64,000 nucleotides of DNA. Origin: Podarcis vaucheri. Its lineage: Eukaryota. The position numbers were made by a program, and so were the translations under genes. Of the stretch, positions 36,940-50,646 are shown one piece after another; the stretch's first letter is position 1; the number at the start of each line of letters is the position of its first letter. Under the pieces are notes generated by a model. The model did no database searches and was not told where the DNA came from. It worked only from the letters and a program-made list of their open reading frames with translations. The DNA is taken from NCBI GenBank assembly GCA_965113315.1, contig OZ220370.1. One strand, given 5' to 3'.

Positions 36940-37810
36940 GATGCAGAAAGGTCTTAGGCTGCGAACCCAAGGGCGGACAAAACACCCATTTCCTCACTTT
37001 CTCTCTCCCTCGGAAAACATCAAAGGCGGGAACGATTCTGGAGAAAGGCTGCCTTCCGGAGCCAAAAGCCTCTGCACCGGGTAGGGCCGTGTCACACAGG
37101 GCCGGAGGGCGGGGTAGCTCCGCGCACCCTCCAGGTGAACCCTCCCAAAGCGCTACACTCCGCCCCTCGACGGCTCGCCTTTCCTGCCGGAGCTGCGGCC
37201 GGCCCCATTTTCTTATCACCAGCACCGGGGGAAGGCGCAGGGATAGCTGGACGCCCGCAGCGAAGAAGGCACCGAGACTTCTTCCTCTCCGGGCGGGCCG
37301 CTGCTTCTGCTGCTTTGGGATTCGGAGACGGAGGGGAGCAGCAAAGGGCTCTCGCCATGGCTTGCCATCTCGGACCTGGGATTTTGCTGCTCGTGGTGAG
37401 TTCTGAAGCCCACCCGGGGTTTCCCCACGATCAGATTTGCCCGAGAAATATACTGTATATGGGTGTGTGTGTCTGTGTGCGTGTGGAGAGAGCTTAACTT
37501 TCCCAGTTTTATTGTGCACTTCGAAGCACAGGGAGGGAAAAGGTCGCCCCGCAGGCGAATAGCAGGCTTGGCGGAAGGGTTTCTGCTCCTGGGGCGCAGG
37601 AGCGCGCGCCACGCCCGGGAACCTCGGCTAGGAGGTTGCGCGGGGGCAGGAATGGCTGCGCGCCCGCCCGGAAACGCCCCTCACCCAGGGGCTCTCCGGG
37701 TCACAACCGGCCTGCGGGGCTCACAAACTTCGCCTTCGCTTGGGAAATGGGTGGTTTTGAGGTTCGGCCGTCGCAGGGGGTTCCCGTCTAGGTGGCGGGA
37801 GCTGAAGCCC
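36940..37810 (+). promoter_or_regulatory. CpG island / TATA-less promoter of DSG2
   Basis: GC- and CpG-dense block spanning exon 1; GC boxes at 37107-37112 and 37160-37165; E-box CAGGTG at 37132-37137. Confidence 0.85.
37357..37395 (+). CDS. DSG2: Desmoglein-2 exon 1 coding part, MACHLGPGILLLV
   Basis: Strong Kozak gccATGg inside the CpG island, gtgagt donor, phase 0, hydrophobic signal start. Confidence 0.88.
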
Positions 37811-38775
37811 TCCAGGCAAGTTGCTGCTAGTTTTGGCCGTCTCTCCAGTTCTGCCAAGAGCCTTTTTGGGTGGGGGTGGAGCGACAAGAATAATCTATTG
37901 TCTGGTCACCGCCAGGTAGCTATGAAGGAAAGTCTTTGTAAATAGGAAAGTAACTGTAGGGGGGGTTGTTGATGTTGTTTTACTTTGTTGTAGCTGTGGT
38001 GTTCCCTGCATGACATGGAGATCTGTTGCCAGACAGTGTGGTGTAGTGGTTAGGTTGTGTTAGGCCAAGAAGCCATCTGCCTTGCATGTGAAAGGGCCCA
38101 GGTTTAATCCTTGGCCCTTCAGGTAGGGCTGGGAGAGGCTCCTTCTGCCTGAATCCTTGGAAAGCCAGGGCCAGACAGTACTGAGATGAACGATGGTCTG
38201 GTTCAGTAAAAGGCAGCTTCTTAGGGTGGAGACGACTCAGGTTCAAATCCCCACTTGGCCAGCAAGCTCACTGAATGACCTCTCAGCACAGGGTTGTTGT
38301 GGAAAAGAAAATGGAGGGGAAGTCTCATGCAGGCTCCCTGGAGGACAGGCAGGATGTAAAAGTAAATATTTTATTTTTTAAGTGATGGAATGGTCATATT
38401 CAGAAGCAGTATGCATGGGGAAGGCACTGTTGGGTAGAAATCTGTTACCTTCATGCCTTCTCTGTGAGCTTATTGGTGGAATCATCAGGTTGGTCACTGC
38501 AGGAAACGGTGAGTGGTGTTTAATGCTAGTCTTACACAGAGTAGTCCCATTGAACTACATAAACAGGATTATTAATTTCAGTGGGTCTGCTCTGAGTAGG
38601 GCTTAGTTGAATACAACCCAGGATGCCAGACTAGATGATGAACACTTGATCTGGTTCACTTTGGAATTCTCTTAGGTTCTTATGGTTAAGAATCTATATG
38701 TGGGCTAGCAACCAGTAAAACATTTTAAGCTAATCATTTAAACTAATACCTGGTTTACTAGTAGTACATATGAAA

Positions 38776-39415
38776 AGGGGTCTTAGTGAACCACAAGCTT
38801 AAGATGAGTCAATAGCAGCAGCAAAGAACAACAAAAATACCACTAATGCTATTATAGGCTGCATCAACAGAAGTATAGTGTTCAGATCAAGGGAAGTAAT
38901 ACGTAGTACCACTCTATTCTGCCTTGGTCTGACCACACCTGGAGTACTGTGTCCAGTTCTGGGTGCCACAATTTAAGGAGGATATTGTCAAGCTGGAACG
39001 TGTGCAAAGAAGGGCAGCCAAAATGATCAAGGGTCTGGAAACCAAGCCTTATGAGGAAGGATTGAGTGAGTCAGGTATGTTGAGGCTGGGAAACAGGAGG
39101 CTGAGAGGGAGATATGATAGCCACCTTCAAATATCTTAAGGGTTGTCACATGGAAGATGGAGCAAGCTTGTTTTCTCCTGCTCAGGGTAGGACCTGAATC
39201 AATGGTTTCAAGTTACAAGAAAGCAGATTCTGACTAAACAACAGGAATAACTTTTTGACAGTGGAACAGACTCCACCAGAAGGTAGTGGACTCTTCTTCC
39301 TTGGAAGTTTTTAAGCAGAGTTTAGATGGTCATCTATCATGGATGCTTTAGTTGAATTTCCTGCATTGCAAGGGGTTGGACTAGATGGCCTTTGGAGTCC
39401 CTTCCAGCTCTGTTT
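38776..39415 (+). mobile_element. CR1 LINE 3' fragment
   Basis: [18 protein letters not shown] coding block and GGTTGGACTAGATG...CCCTTCCA 3' end. Confidence 0.9.
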
Positions 39416-41480
39416 CTACTTTTATGGGCATTTGCTAGATCATTGTAAAAGCAATTAGTGTTTTCTCTGGCTTATGCTGCCCAAGATAGTTCAAGATATC
39501 TCTCTCTCTCTCTCTCTCTCTCTCTTAGAAGAAATAATTTTTTCCTCGCTCACCTACTGCTGGAAATACCAGACACTCAGTTTCACATCTTTTATCTTAT
39601 TGAAGATCATTTTGAAATAGACAAGTTTGGAACTTACTCCTTCCTCAAAGTAATAATAATAAATCATTGTTTCTGTCAGCTTTGCAAATATTTATTTATT
39701 TTACAAAATTTATATACCTCTTGATTGTAACAAGTGGTTTACAAGAAATATTAGAATTGCCAATTAAAAACAGTTCAAAGCAATTTAAAACATTTTAAAA
39801 TAATTAAAATTATCAGGAAAATACAGCAGATTAAAACACTTCAGTATCTACATGTCTGGAAATATCTCTTGATGTTCTTCTCAATTACATCACCCTGTGG
39901 TGTACTTTGCATAGGGAACCTGAACCCAGGCTTGTCCAGACTCATATAAAACTTTGAGGAAATGACAAAGATTCCAGAAAACGGTGTTGGTTCCTACACA
40001 TCTTGTGAAGCTAGAGACACCATGCAACCACCATTCGTTAAATTGTGCCCTGGGGGAATTTGTCTGACTGGTTTCATCCTACTTGCCCTGGAACATCTTA
40101 CTGATGTCATGGTTCAGCCCTAGAAAAAATGACGTAATGATAAAGAACAGAATATACTTCCCAACATATACAAAGAATCCCTACCTGTAGACAAGTCACT
40201 CTTGCAACTTGCTGATGGGAATGATGATTCTCCACTGCCCTTTGACACCTGAAATGTGTATTTTCAGGACCCGCGTTATTTTTTGTGACTGCATTTTTGT
40301 AACTTCCTTCCAGTAGAGATTCAGCAGGTTTCATCCCTGCTTTCTTTTAGATGTCACATAAAAACAGTGTTATTTAGACAGGCCTTCAAAGCATTTTTAA
40401 TACTTGGTTGGGAGCCGCCCAGAGTGGCTGGGGAAACTCAGCCAGATGGGCAGGGTATGAGTAATATATTGTTGTTGTTGTTGTTTTAACATTTTGTGAA
40501 TGTTTTTATTGTAACATCTGTATGGCGTGCACCACCCTGTATTTTTAAGGAAAATATTTGAAAATATTTCAATAAAAATATGTATACACGATATGGATAA
40601 AGTGGGCATAGACTGCCTCCCCCTCCCCTTACACTATAATATAATTTGTAGTAGCCCCTTGAAATTCATTGGAAGTAGATTCAGGACAGACAAAAGGAAG
40701 GACTTCTTCACACAAGACATGATAATTTTAATTATAATTATTATCACATTCTCTGCGACAGGTGTGGTTTTGGTCCTATCTTTAGCAACTTTACAAGCCA
40801 GTTAGATAAATTCATGGAGGACTAGTACAGTAGCTATAACTAAATAGAGCCCACAGTAGCAGAGGTATCATGACACGGAACAGCAGTTGCTGGAGAGCAA
40901 CTGCGGATAAGCTACTGTAGGGATGGAAAACCTATGGCCTGAATTAGATGGAGCCTACATCTGGTCCAGTAGGCCTCTTCATACATCGTATGTTCAGTAT
41001 TGGAACTGATAATGCTGAGATGCCATTGACTTACTTAAGGGCAAACTACATGTTACATATTGTTCTAGGAATGGATTGAGTATCAGTCTGAGAGAAACAG
41101 TATGGCCTTTTCCTCACCCACCTCCACTTCTGCAAGCTAAGCCATAATTTAGCTTTGTGTGTCATCCAAACCCAGGCTCACTCTTTATCTCACTCCTGAC
41201 AAACCATGAGCTGATTTACAGCTCATGGTTTGTCTGGAAGAGAGTACACTAAGCCAGTGCACTAAGCCAAAGCATGATTTAGCTCACAGCAGTGGCAGGA
41301 CTGGAGGAGAGGAGCAAAGTGCCTGCAGCTTCCTCCCCAAGAGCCTACATGCTCTCACATTCACAATTGTGCTTAGCATTAGATGCAAACTGAGCCTTTA
41401 TGTAATTTCCCCAGTATTGGAATTCCCCCTTGACTTAAGAGTGGAGAGTTGGCACACTAGTCTGTGTGTTATCTCTAGAA

Positions 41481-41744
41481 CAGGGTTTTCCAAACTTGGG
41501 TCTCCAGCTGTTGTTGGACTGGCTAGCGGGACCAGTGGCCAGGGATGATAGTAATTGTAGTCCAAAACAACTGGAAACCCAAGTTTGGAAAACCATGCTC
41601 TAGAGCAGCGATTCTCAACCTGTGGGTTCCCAGATGTTGTTGGACTACAACTCCCATCATCCCTGAGCTCTGGCCTTGCTAGCTAGGACTTGATGAGAGT
41701 TGTAGTTCAACAATATCTGGGGACCCACAGGTTGAAAAAGGCTG
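41481..41744. mobile_element. Two tandem palindromic hAT MITEs (41481-41597, 41606-41744)
   Basis: Three copies of target ctctaga(a/g) flank and separate them. Confidence 0.85.
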
Positions 41745-41877
41745 CTCTAGAGAAATTTGTGATTTCCATTTGCTATATGTTAATCATGTTCATAGATACT
41801 TCTTGTAAGGTTAGAACTTCTTGCTGCTCAAGAGATGTTGCTGATGATTTATTCCATGGCAGCTACTGAGGTCTGAT

Positions 41878-42242
41878 GGGGACGCGGGTGGCGCTGTGGG
41901 CTAAAGCCTCAACGCCTAGGGCTTGCTGATCGAAAGGTCGGCGGTTCGAATCCCCGCGGCGGGGTGCGCTCCCGCTGCTCGGTCCCAGCGCCTGCCCACC
42001 TAGCAGTTCGAAAGCACCCCCGGGGGCAAGTAGATAAATAGGTACCGCTTACCAGCGGGAAGGTAAACGGCGTTCCGTGTGCGGCTCTGGCTCGCCAGAG
42101 CAGCGTTGTCACGCTGGCCACGTGACCCGGAAGTGTCTGCGGACAGCGCTGGCCCCCGGCCAATAGATGTGAGATGGGCGCACAAACCCCAGAGTCTGTC
42201 AAGACTGGCCCGTTCGGGCAGGGGTACCTTTACCTTTACCTT
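41878..42242 (+). mobile_element. Sauria SINE (young subfamily)
   Basis: 14-bp TSD tactgaggtctgat; 6 differences from the 6284 copy. Confidence 0.95.
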
Positions 42243-43059
42243 TACTGAGGTCTGATATGTTTATACACAGCAAGAGCATCTAGGCCTACTGTTGGTTACC
42301 ATGTTGTAGGGGTTAAATTATGCTTTCTTTCACCCTGGTAAAAAACTCAGTTGACCCACACACCCACATTTGTATACATATGCACATACACACATCTCTT
42401 TGCTCCCTTCTGATATTCATCTCCTGCGGGTTTCTTTGACATTCTTGTTATAGCAGGGGCAGCTTTCAGAGGCTTCACTTGAACTCACTACAGCTTACTC
42501 TTGAACTTACAGTAGTCATTCTCATGAGTAAATATGCATAGATGCAAGTCCTTCCTTAGTAAATACGGAACTGTTTCACTTCCTTTTCCACAGCACAGGG
42601 TTATTTACTTCTCCGTCTGGTTTTAGTTCTCTGGGTCTAATTACCCATCAGTTAGTTATCCCATAAATCCTTACAAGAAGATATATGGCAAGTACCCTTC
42701 ATTTAATCCTGCCATGCCATTGATGTAGATGCTTAATAAAACAGAAACTCAAATCTTGCATGCGAACATGGAAAGGTCACTCTTAAGGTCAAAGATGAAA
42801 CTGCTAATGTAAAATGGCAATTATATTTATTTATATATAAAAGGTATGGTAGTTTTCAGTCGACACTAACATTTGATCTGTTTCTACAACAAACAGTCTT
42901 CTTTTCTTTTCTTTTCTTTTCTTGGAAATATATGTGTTTCCTTCTCCTGTGGTTTTGATATAGGATATCTTAAGAAAGACTTCACAGATCCGTACTAGAC
43001 AATTAGCTTGAAAGTATATCCAGTAAATAAAGGGTCCCCTTTCTCCTGTTTATACCCAT

Positions 43060-43520
43060 TAGTTTTGTTCTTGTTTTTTATCAGCTGTTGTCATTAATCC
43101 AATTTTATTTTATTGCTAAAGTAATAAGTGGAGTGGGTGGGTGTGGGTGTGGATGAATATTCTACTTTATTGCTGTAATTCTTCTCCTCTCTAATTTCTC
43201 CTTGATCTTGCCCTCTAGTCTATAGTTTACTCAATAATTGCTTGTTTGCTTTAGAAAAGGCAATCCCCAAATGTTTCACTGATCTATTATTAACTTGAAT
43301 TTTTGTTTTATCTTCTAAGTCTCTCAATTCATCATCTGTAAGATGAAAGGCTAAAAGTTTTGCCATTTGTATTCTGTTGTCTGCTTAAATCCATCAACAA
43401 TATTTAAACTTTCTGTTAGGCATATTTCAGCTTCAGTATTTGTTAATACTACATCACCTGCATATAGGCAGACCTTAATTTCCTGCCTCAAACAAGATTT
43501 TACCTGTATCATGTGAGGAA
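43060..43520 (-). mobile_element. Old L1-clade RT fragment
   Basis: EIKVCLYAGDVVL resembles the degenerate RT motif KxxLYADD. Confidence 0.5.
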
Positions 43521-43761
43521 AAGGGGCATGCTGATATCCCCACCCCCAAATGCAGGCATGATGCATAAAATGGAATAAAAGGAACACTTTATTGAACAAT
43601 CATAAATCTGTAGCAAGGAAGTGACAGTGCAGATAAATGAAGGCTTCAAACTAAATGAGGATGAGGAGAGAGCACATGCTCTGTGCTCCCATGACCTTAT
43701 TCTTCCCACTAGGGAGGGAAAGTCAAACACACCTTTTTTGTATTTGTATTTGTTGCATAGT

Positions 43762-44106
43762 GGTGGCGCTGTGGGTTAAACCACAGAGCCTAGGCCTTGC
43801 TGATCAGAAGGTTGGCGGTTCAAATCTCCATGACGGAGTGAGCTCCCGTTCAGTCCCAGCTTCTGCCAACCTAGCAGTTCGAAAGCACGCCAAAGTGCAA
43901 GTAGATAAATAGGTACCGCTCCAGCGGGAAGGTAAACGGCGTTTCCGTGTGCTGCTCTGGTTCAGCAGAAGTGGCTTAGTCATGCTGGCCACATGACCCG
44001 GAAGCTGTACGCCGGCTCCCTCGGCCAGTAAAGCGAGATGAGCGCTGCAACCCCAGAGTCGGTCACGACTGGACCTAATGGTCAGGGTCCCTTTACCTTT
44101 ACCTTT
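43762..44106 (+). mobile_element. Sauria SINE
   Basis: Head and (ACCTTT)n tail. Confidence 0.9.
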
Positions 44107-44514
44107 AATGTTTGTATTTATTGAATGGTAATTCTAGGGCTACAGTTGTGGCACTATGTTAATAAAGTGAATCGGCTGGTTTGTGTGCCACCATTATGAT
44201 TAGAGATATGGGGGGCATGTTCTATGGCGTATAGTTAGGAAAATGGTTTAGTAGACTGATCTGAAACTTGTAAGTGTATGAGTGGTGGGTTTGAGGATGG
44301 TCCGTGCCAAATTTGGGGTGGAAAGGATAAGAATTGGCTTATTTTGAACCAGTTAAACATTTGAGACAAGTTGGCAGATGGTGTGTGTTTTACTTCCATA
44401 GAATTTGCTGGGTTAATTTTTCCAGAAAGTTTCCTCCATTTGTACTGTGTGATTTGGGAAACAAGTAGTTGTGCAAAGTCAAGGAGATAATCTAGTATGT
44501 GCTTTTGTCCAATA

Positions 44515-44753
44515 CAGTGGTACCTCGGGTTACATACGCTTCAGGTTACATACTCTTCAGGTTACAGACTCCGCTAACCCAGAAATAGTGCTTCAGGTTA
44601 AGAACTTTGCTTCAGGATAAGAACAGAAATTGTGCTCCAGCGGCGCGGCAACAGGAGACCCCATTAGCTAGAGTGGTGCTTCAGGTTAAGAACAGTTTCA
44701 GGTTAAGAACGGACCTCCGGAACGAATTAAGTACTTAACCCGAGGTACCACTG
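44515..44753. mobile_element. Tigger/pogo-like MITE
   Basis: TA-CAGTGGTACCTCGGGTTA...TAACCCGAGGTACCACTG-TA. Confidence 0.9.
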
Positions 44754-47700
44754 TAGTAGTGTTGCATGGTTGTAGTTTTTATTTAAAAGGCATTTTTGTG
44801 GTTGAGGTTAATGGGAATTTGTAAGGGTGTTCCAAACACATGCTTAGTGTGAACTTGTTTCGAGAGAGGGTTAAGTCGAGGGAGAGGGTCAAATGGAGCC
44901 CTTGGCTTAGCTGTATCCTTTCAGTTGGACCCAATGCCAGCACTGGCAACTCCATGAATGGTGAGTAAAGGCAGGTAAAAGTCAGAAGTTCAGCTGGGCA
45001 GGGAAGGGAGGTCTCCTTCCTTGAGAGCTCAGTAGCACAGCTGATCCCACTGGGGCAACTTGCTGTTAGTACCTTGGGCAAGAATGGCTGCATTCCTGAT
45101 CAGGAAATCCATAGCACAGCCAAACCCATTGGGGCTGATTCACAATTGTTCTTTTGCACCTGCATCTCTGTCTGCCCCACACCTATCAGGTGTGAGCCAG
45201 GTGGGTGTGGTTTGGGCAAAACAGCCTCATGGGCCAAAATTGGGAATCGTGCCAAATTTGACTCATGGAGCAGAGGTGCCCCACCCTTGGCATAACACAT
45301 GGCAGCATGATCCCCTGCTTGCCACAAAGTATATATGTGCTCAAGACAAAATTGTAGCCATACTGGTTCTCTTCATGCGTCTCTTTGATACATTCATTTG
45401 TATCATTCGCATCCTGCATTTGTATGCATACAACCCTTGCTGTTTTTAGAAAGCACCTAAAATTGCTAGGTTCTATTCAAAAATTAAGAAATAAAGACTT
45501 GTCTTGCCCTTATCTTTAGACAGTAAGCCTGCAGGCATCTTAGGGAGGAAAGGAAAAAGGAAGGAAAAGAGAGGGAGAAGAGATGGTTATCTACATTAGA
45601 AGTTTCCTTGCATTTAATCTCTCCTCTGCAATTGGTGTTTGCATTGGAAATCCCCCAATGATGCCTTTCCTTCCCACCCGTGAACAGAAAACTGGCTTCA
45701 AAGGAGGACTTTTCTGCAGGAATGCAGTACAGAGGAAAGTGTTAAATTCTCTCTGTGTGTCTGCTGTGATCTTCATAATTCATCAGTCCACACCAGCCTC
45801 ATGCTATTTCTGTTGTTTTTAAAACATGCATGTTACAGACACATTTAACTGCCTCTCTAGATTGGCCCTTCAAGAGCCACTTGCATGTAAAAAAACAAAG
45901 GAAACGTGTCAGATTCCAGGACAGTGCATTGAAAGAGAACTGTAGTGTGTGGTGGAGCTTTTACTGTTTCACTGCAAGGCTGCTTTCTGGTTTGTTTTAG
46001 ATAGTGGAAATACTTCAGAAAGCAATTCTGTGTGACAGCTTAGTCTGACCAGCCCATTTGGCATTGATGTTTAGCAACTGTACAAATATTATTTGCAATG
46101 TTGACTCCCAAGTTGGTTCAACATGATAGAACGCTCCTGCTCGTGGGATTAAAATCCCAATTTAAGTCTGCTTTATTTTATCTCATAAGAAATGTCTGTA
46201 AGGGAAGGTGTGCAAAGTTCTCTATGTGTGCAGAAAAGGTTTTCGTCGTCTGTGTACTTAAAGCACTTCCATTTTGAGCTAAATCTCAGAAGGCTTTACA
46301 GAACCTTCTGCTGGTTCATACCTGTACAATCCCGAGAAAATGCATGAATCAGTTTCAACTGTGTTATGACAGAACGTTTAGTAATGGAAGGGCAGGGTAG
46401 CTTTCACACAAGACAAAGAAAATGCATTTCTCACCCAAAACAAAGAAATCCACCCTGGAACAGAACCTCCCCTAGGTTAGAAACACAACTTGGGAGCGTG
46501 CTGGGACTTGCAAAACAATGATTTAATATGGACACACACAAATGTCTGCATTGAAGTTAGGGAGCTGCCCAAATGAATACTTATTGTATAGGCTGCCAGT
46601 TCCTGCAACACAGTTTACAGTTGCTTACAAAGGGTGTGTGTCTTCTGATGTTAAAAGTCTGAATGTAAAGCATATTTCCCAACATCAGAAAACATTAATA
46701 TGAGAATAAGCTCTTCCTTTTTATTTGGAAGTTCTGTTTTCGCCCTGGCATGTTTATGATCCTGTTCTGAAAGAAAAGTCAGCAGAACTCATGATCTGAA
46801 TGAATGAAAGCTCATTAACTCAAATAGTTTTTTTATAAAGATGCATGTTGTTGACCATACTGCCATGTGGTAAATGCAACTTGTGCATGGATTGTCTTCC
46901 ATTCTCTTTGTGAAATCTAATCTTACTTTGCTGACTTGCTGCTGACACAGGTGGCCAGTACACAAACCTCAAGGTTGCTGCAGGTTCAGGTGCCACACAT
47001 TGAGCTTATATTGGATGAAACACTATTTAAGCAAGTATTGCACGGCTTGCTGGCTAGTAGACTCTCAAACCACACTGAAAATTTCCAGTTCAAGGCTATC
47101 CATGTATCAGGAGTTGGCAGAAATGAATAAATGGATTTGATATACAGAATAGGAGAATGCCACTCCTGCAATTTAGCTGGAGAGTGTTTGACCCCCACCC
47201 CTCCCTGGAGAAAGGTGAGGGGGTGGTCACATGGCCCCCTGTGAGCCAATAGGATGAGGTTTTTTAAGGCTGCACCTCCACTGACCTCATCCTTTTTTGC
47301 ATTTGAGGTGCCTACCCTCCGTTTACGCAGTGTGAGCTGTAGGCCGAGTAGGATTTGGGGAGCACCCTATCATAGGGTCTCCTTTTTTGCCTGCTCCATA
47401 CTGTGGGGCAAATTTAATTTGCATTCAGGAAGAGGTGTGGCTTGCTTGCCAGATTTGCATTGGTTTCGGGCAGGTGAGGAAGCAGAAAAAAGCCTAGGTT
47501 TACTGAAGCAGAATTGGATTGGGAGCACCAATTCAGTGCATTATCCTGGAGGGTTCTCCTTGAGGCCTGACTAGGTGCACATCTGGGTGAACGCCGGACA
47601 GCTGAGGCCAGGTATGCATGTGGGGACAATACCCAAGGTTTACTTGGCAATGAAGGAGTCTTTCCTTCCTGGTTCTTATGTGAGGAGACACAGCTCAGGG

Positions 47701-49345
47701 CTGCAGTACAGGCTTCTAGGGTGGTTACTAGAAGATTTTGAAGAAGTCTTCACCTGCCTGTTGAAATTCAGTTTGATTGGATCAGTTAACTCATATCACC
47801 CATGCCCTGTTTCTTACTTCAGGGCATGGAGAGGCAAATGCAGGTTTGTTGAATGTAAAGTTTGCCAAGAGATGGTTATGGAAACGTGGGACTTGACAGG
47901 AAATTATTCTTGTAAATAATAGTCTTTCTTTGTTCAGTGCTTTCTCTCTCTCTCGGTCTCGGTGTGGGCTTGTTGTAGGAAGTATACAGCCATAATACTA
48001 CTGCATAGTTCAAAGTCCCTAGTTCAGATCTCATCTCTGTCATGATGGCCTCCCTAGTCTCCACCTAAAAAGGGGGTAGTAAAATACCCAACTTTATCTT
48101 ATTGCTCTGGGTATAAAGCACTCTGAGCTCTCCAAAACAAAACACCATCTATTTGTTTTAAATATTTCTTTCTAATCTACATTTCTAAAAGCAGCCTAGT
48201 ATAGAAATATATGAATGAGGCAGCTATTTTAGACGTTCAGCAATGAAAACAATTCAGTGCAGCCTGTTAAAACCCAGTCTAGTGCAGGGGCTTAATATCA
48301 TTCATGTCCCCAAAGCCCTACTGAGCAGAAAGGTTTTAACCATCATCTGGCAGAAGTTCATTAAAGAGCAGCATGATGATGATGATAAATTACATTTATT
48401 AATCACCTGTTAGCGATTTACATTTTAAAATATTGATAAATCAAACCGGGGTTCCCAAATTGTGGTTGATAGACCGTTAGTGGTCTGTGAGCTTTCAGGT
48501 AGTTCACAGTACGTCTGTATGAAATATTCATATTGATCTATAAATGTATTTTTATTGCTTCTTTTGATTCTTGTGTTCTGTCTTCCTGTGTTAAATTCAA
48601 ATTGTAATACCATAAAATATAATATAAGAAAAGAAGCAATAAAAATACAGCCACATATCACACAGCATCTTGCATAGTGCATTACAAATGCTGCAAGTGG
48701 CAGGAAAATCACTAAGCATTCCTGGATGGAGGATGAGAAGTTGCCCAGGAAGAGAAATGGCCCAAGGAGAACTGCAGCCTAACAGGGGTGCATCCTGGCT
48801 CAGCTTGTTAAGCCATAATCATTCAGTTGTGTGAAGGGGAGAGCTATCCATAATTACACCTCTATAATATTAGCATCTCTATAGTTTTTGTTATAGGAAG
48901 GAACTTGGTATAAGGCTGCCATTTTGTAAACTTTTGCAGCAGCTGTTCATTTATTGTAATATGCGTATCAAGCTTGAGTTGAAGCAAGGGCAAAGTCTCC
49001 AAAGGTGGTTTATTCATAGAATTGATAAGCCAAATAGCAGTGTTTTGTCTCGTGATTCTTTTAAATGTGGAATGAAATAAAATTAAGCCTGTTTTGAATT
49101 TGGCCATACTACACTTAGCAATAGCCCAGGAAGCTAAGCAGGACCAGCTGGTACCTGGATGGATTTAATAAGATAATCTTTAAGCTTTACTGTTTGTTCT
49201 ATTGTATTCATTTTTAACATTACTGGGTGGACAAACAAGGAGGAATGCATTTGCTGAATTTCTCTGACACTGTGCACAGTTATTTTAACTCTCATGCTTG
49301 TTTTGTAGCTTTTAAAAAATACATTTCTCTATTATTATTTTTCAG

Positions 49346-49381
49346 AGCTGTGCCATCTTTGGGAGTGGACTTCACATAGAG
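49346..49381 (+). CDS. DSG2: Desmoglein-2 exon 2, SCAIFGSGLHIE
   Basis: 36 nt; GSGLH motif as in mammalian DSG2 exon 2; ttcag/gtagga. Confidence 0.9.
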
Positions 49382-50523
49382 GTAGGAGATTGTGTGAAAT
49401 TGTAATGAATGGAACAAACATACTTCCAAAATGAAGCTACAAAGGGGGGGGTGAATTGAGCTAGGAGGGAATATATGTAGTGCATAAGATGTTGTCTTGA
49501 GTGGATGGTGGTGTTTTGGTGGGGAAACAAGAATGTTAAATGCCCAACCACTTCCACAAAATAAATAAACACACTGAAATAACACACAGGAAGCTTTTCG
49601 AGCCTTAAGGAAAAGTATTCTTGCATTTATTTACAAAATAAGATATTCCAGGTATTGTATACAAAAAATAAAATATATACTTTTGAAAATAAATTATTTA
49701 GCACCAGATTCAACCAACCCGGCATATTAGAGGAAGCATAACTAGTACAATAGGGCTTTCCTGCCCCCCACCATGTCTCCCCCAAATCCTATCTGGAGGG
49801 TTATGAGGACCTCCAAAACAGAACATGGGAGGAGATGGGGTATCATTCCATCTGGAAAGCAGAAATGGAACCATCAGTAGAGTGCCACACTGAATTCCTC
49901 CCCTAAATTGCCATCTGTAGGGCTTCACTGAGAATGCAATAACATGTCAGTGAGGTCCATCATTAAATTAAAAGTGTGCTCAGTGGGGGGGGGAACCTGT
50001 GCACAATAACCCCATCCCCTCTACTCCTGACTTCGCTGCAAGTTTCAGCAGCAAGTTTCCATAGGCAGTTTGTAAGTGTGTTCAAACAAAAATGATTACA
50101 AGGCCCCTTCAGACCTTACCACTGAATACTAGAGGGTGGAGAGTACATGGCTGGTGCACTTTGAAAACCATTTCATGGTATTAAAATCCAGGAGAGGCTT
50201 TCTTCTGAAAAAATGTGCATAGGATTGTGCCGTTAGTCTGCGCAGTATGCTAGTTTCATCTGTTTTTTCTAACGAGCCCCACATTATTGTAAAATGGAAA
50301 AATACAAAAATGCACTTTTAAAATAGCCTTGTTCAGATGTTCATTCAGGATGTTGACATGCACAGTGTTCCATCTTTTTATATTTAACAAGATGCTTAGT
50401 CAACAAAAACCTCAAAGCGGTTCATATAGAATAATATAAAATATTCACTAAAAATACTGACAGAAACAAACTTGGAAAAACTAATGGACGTAAAATTTAT
50501 CAAAATATATGCTTTCCTGACAG

Positions 50524-50646
50524 ATTCCTGGAGGTAGAAACAAGCAGCTCCTTCATTTGGATGGTCACATTAGACAGAAGCGGGAATGGATTGTCCCACC
50601 TGCCCTCCTCAACGAAGAGAGTGAAAATAAGAACCCAATTGCTAAA
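50524..50646 (+). CDS. DSG2: Desmoglein-2 exon 3, IPGGRNKQ...RQKR|EWIVPPALLNEESENKNPIAK
   Basis: Furin site, Trp2, KNPIAK; gacag/gtaagt; 123 nt. Confidence 0.93.

Noticed and set aside
36578-37945. Long overlapping ORFs (up to 254 aa) around DSG2 exon 1
   Set aside because: Expected stop-codon scarcity in a CpG island; no recognisable domain.
47130-48010. Possible solo LTR (CCAAT and TATA-like motifs)
   Set aside because: No convincing TG..CA termini or TSD identified.
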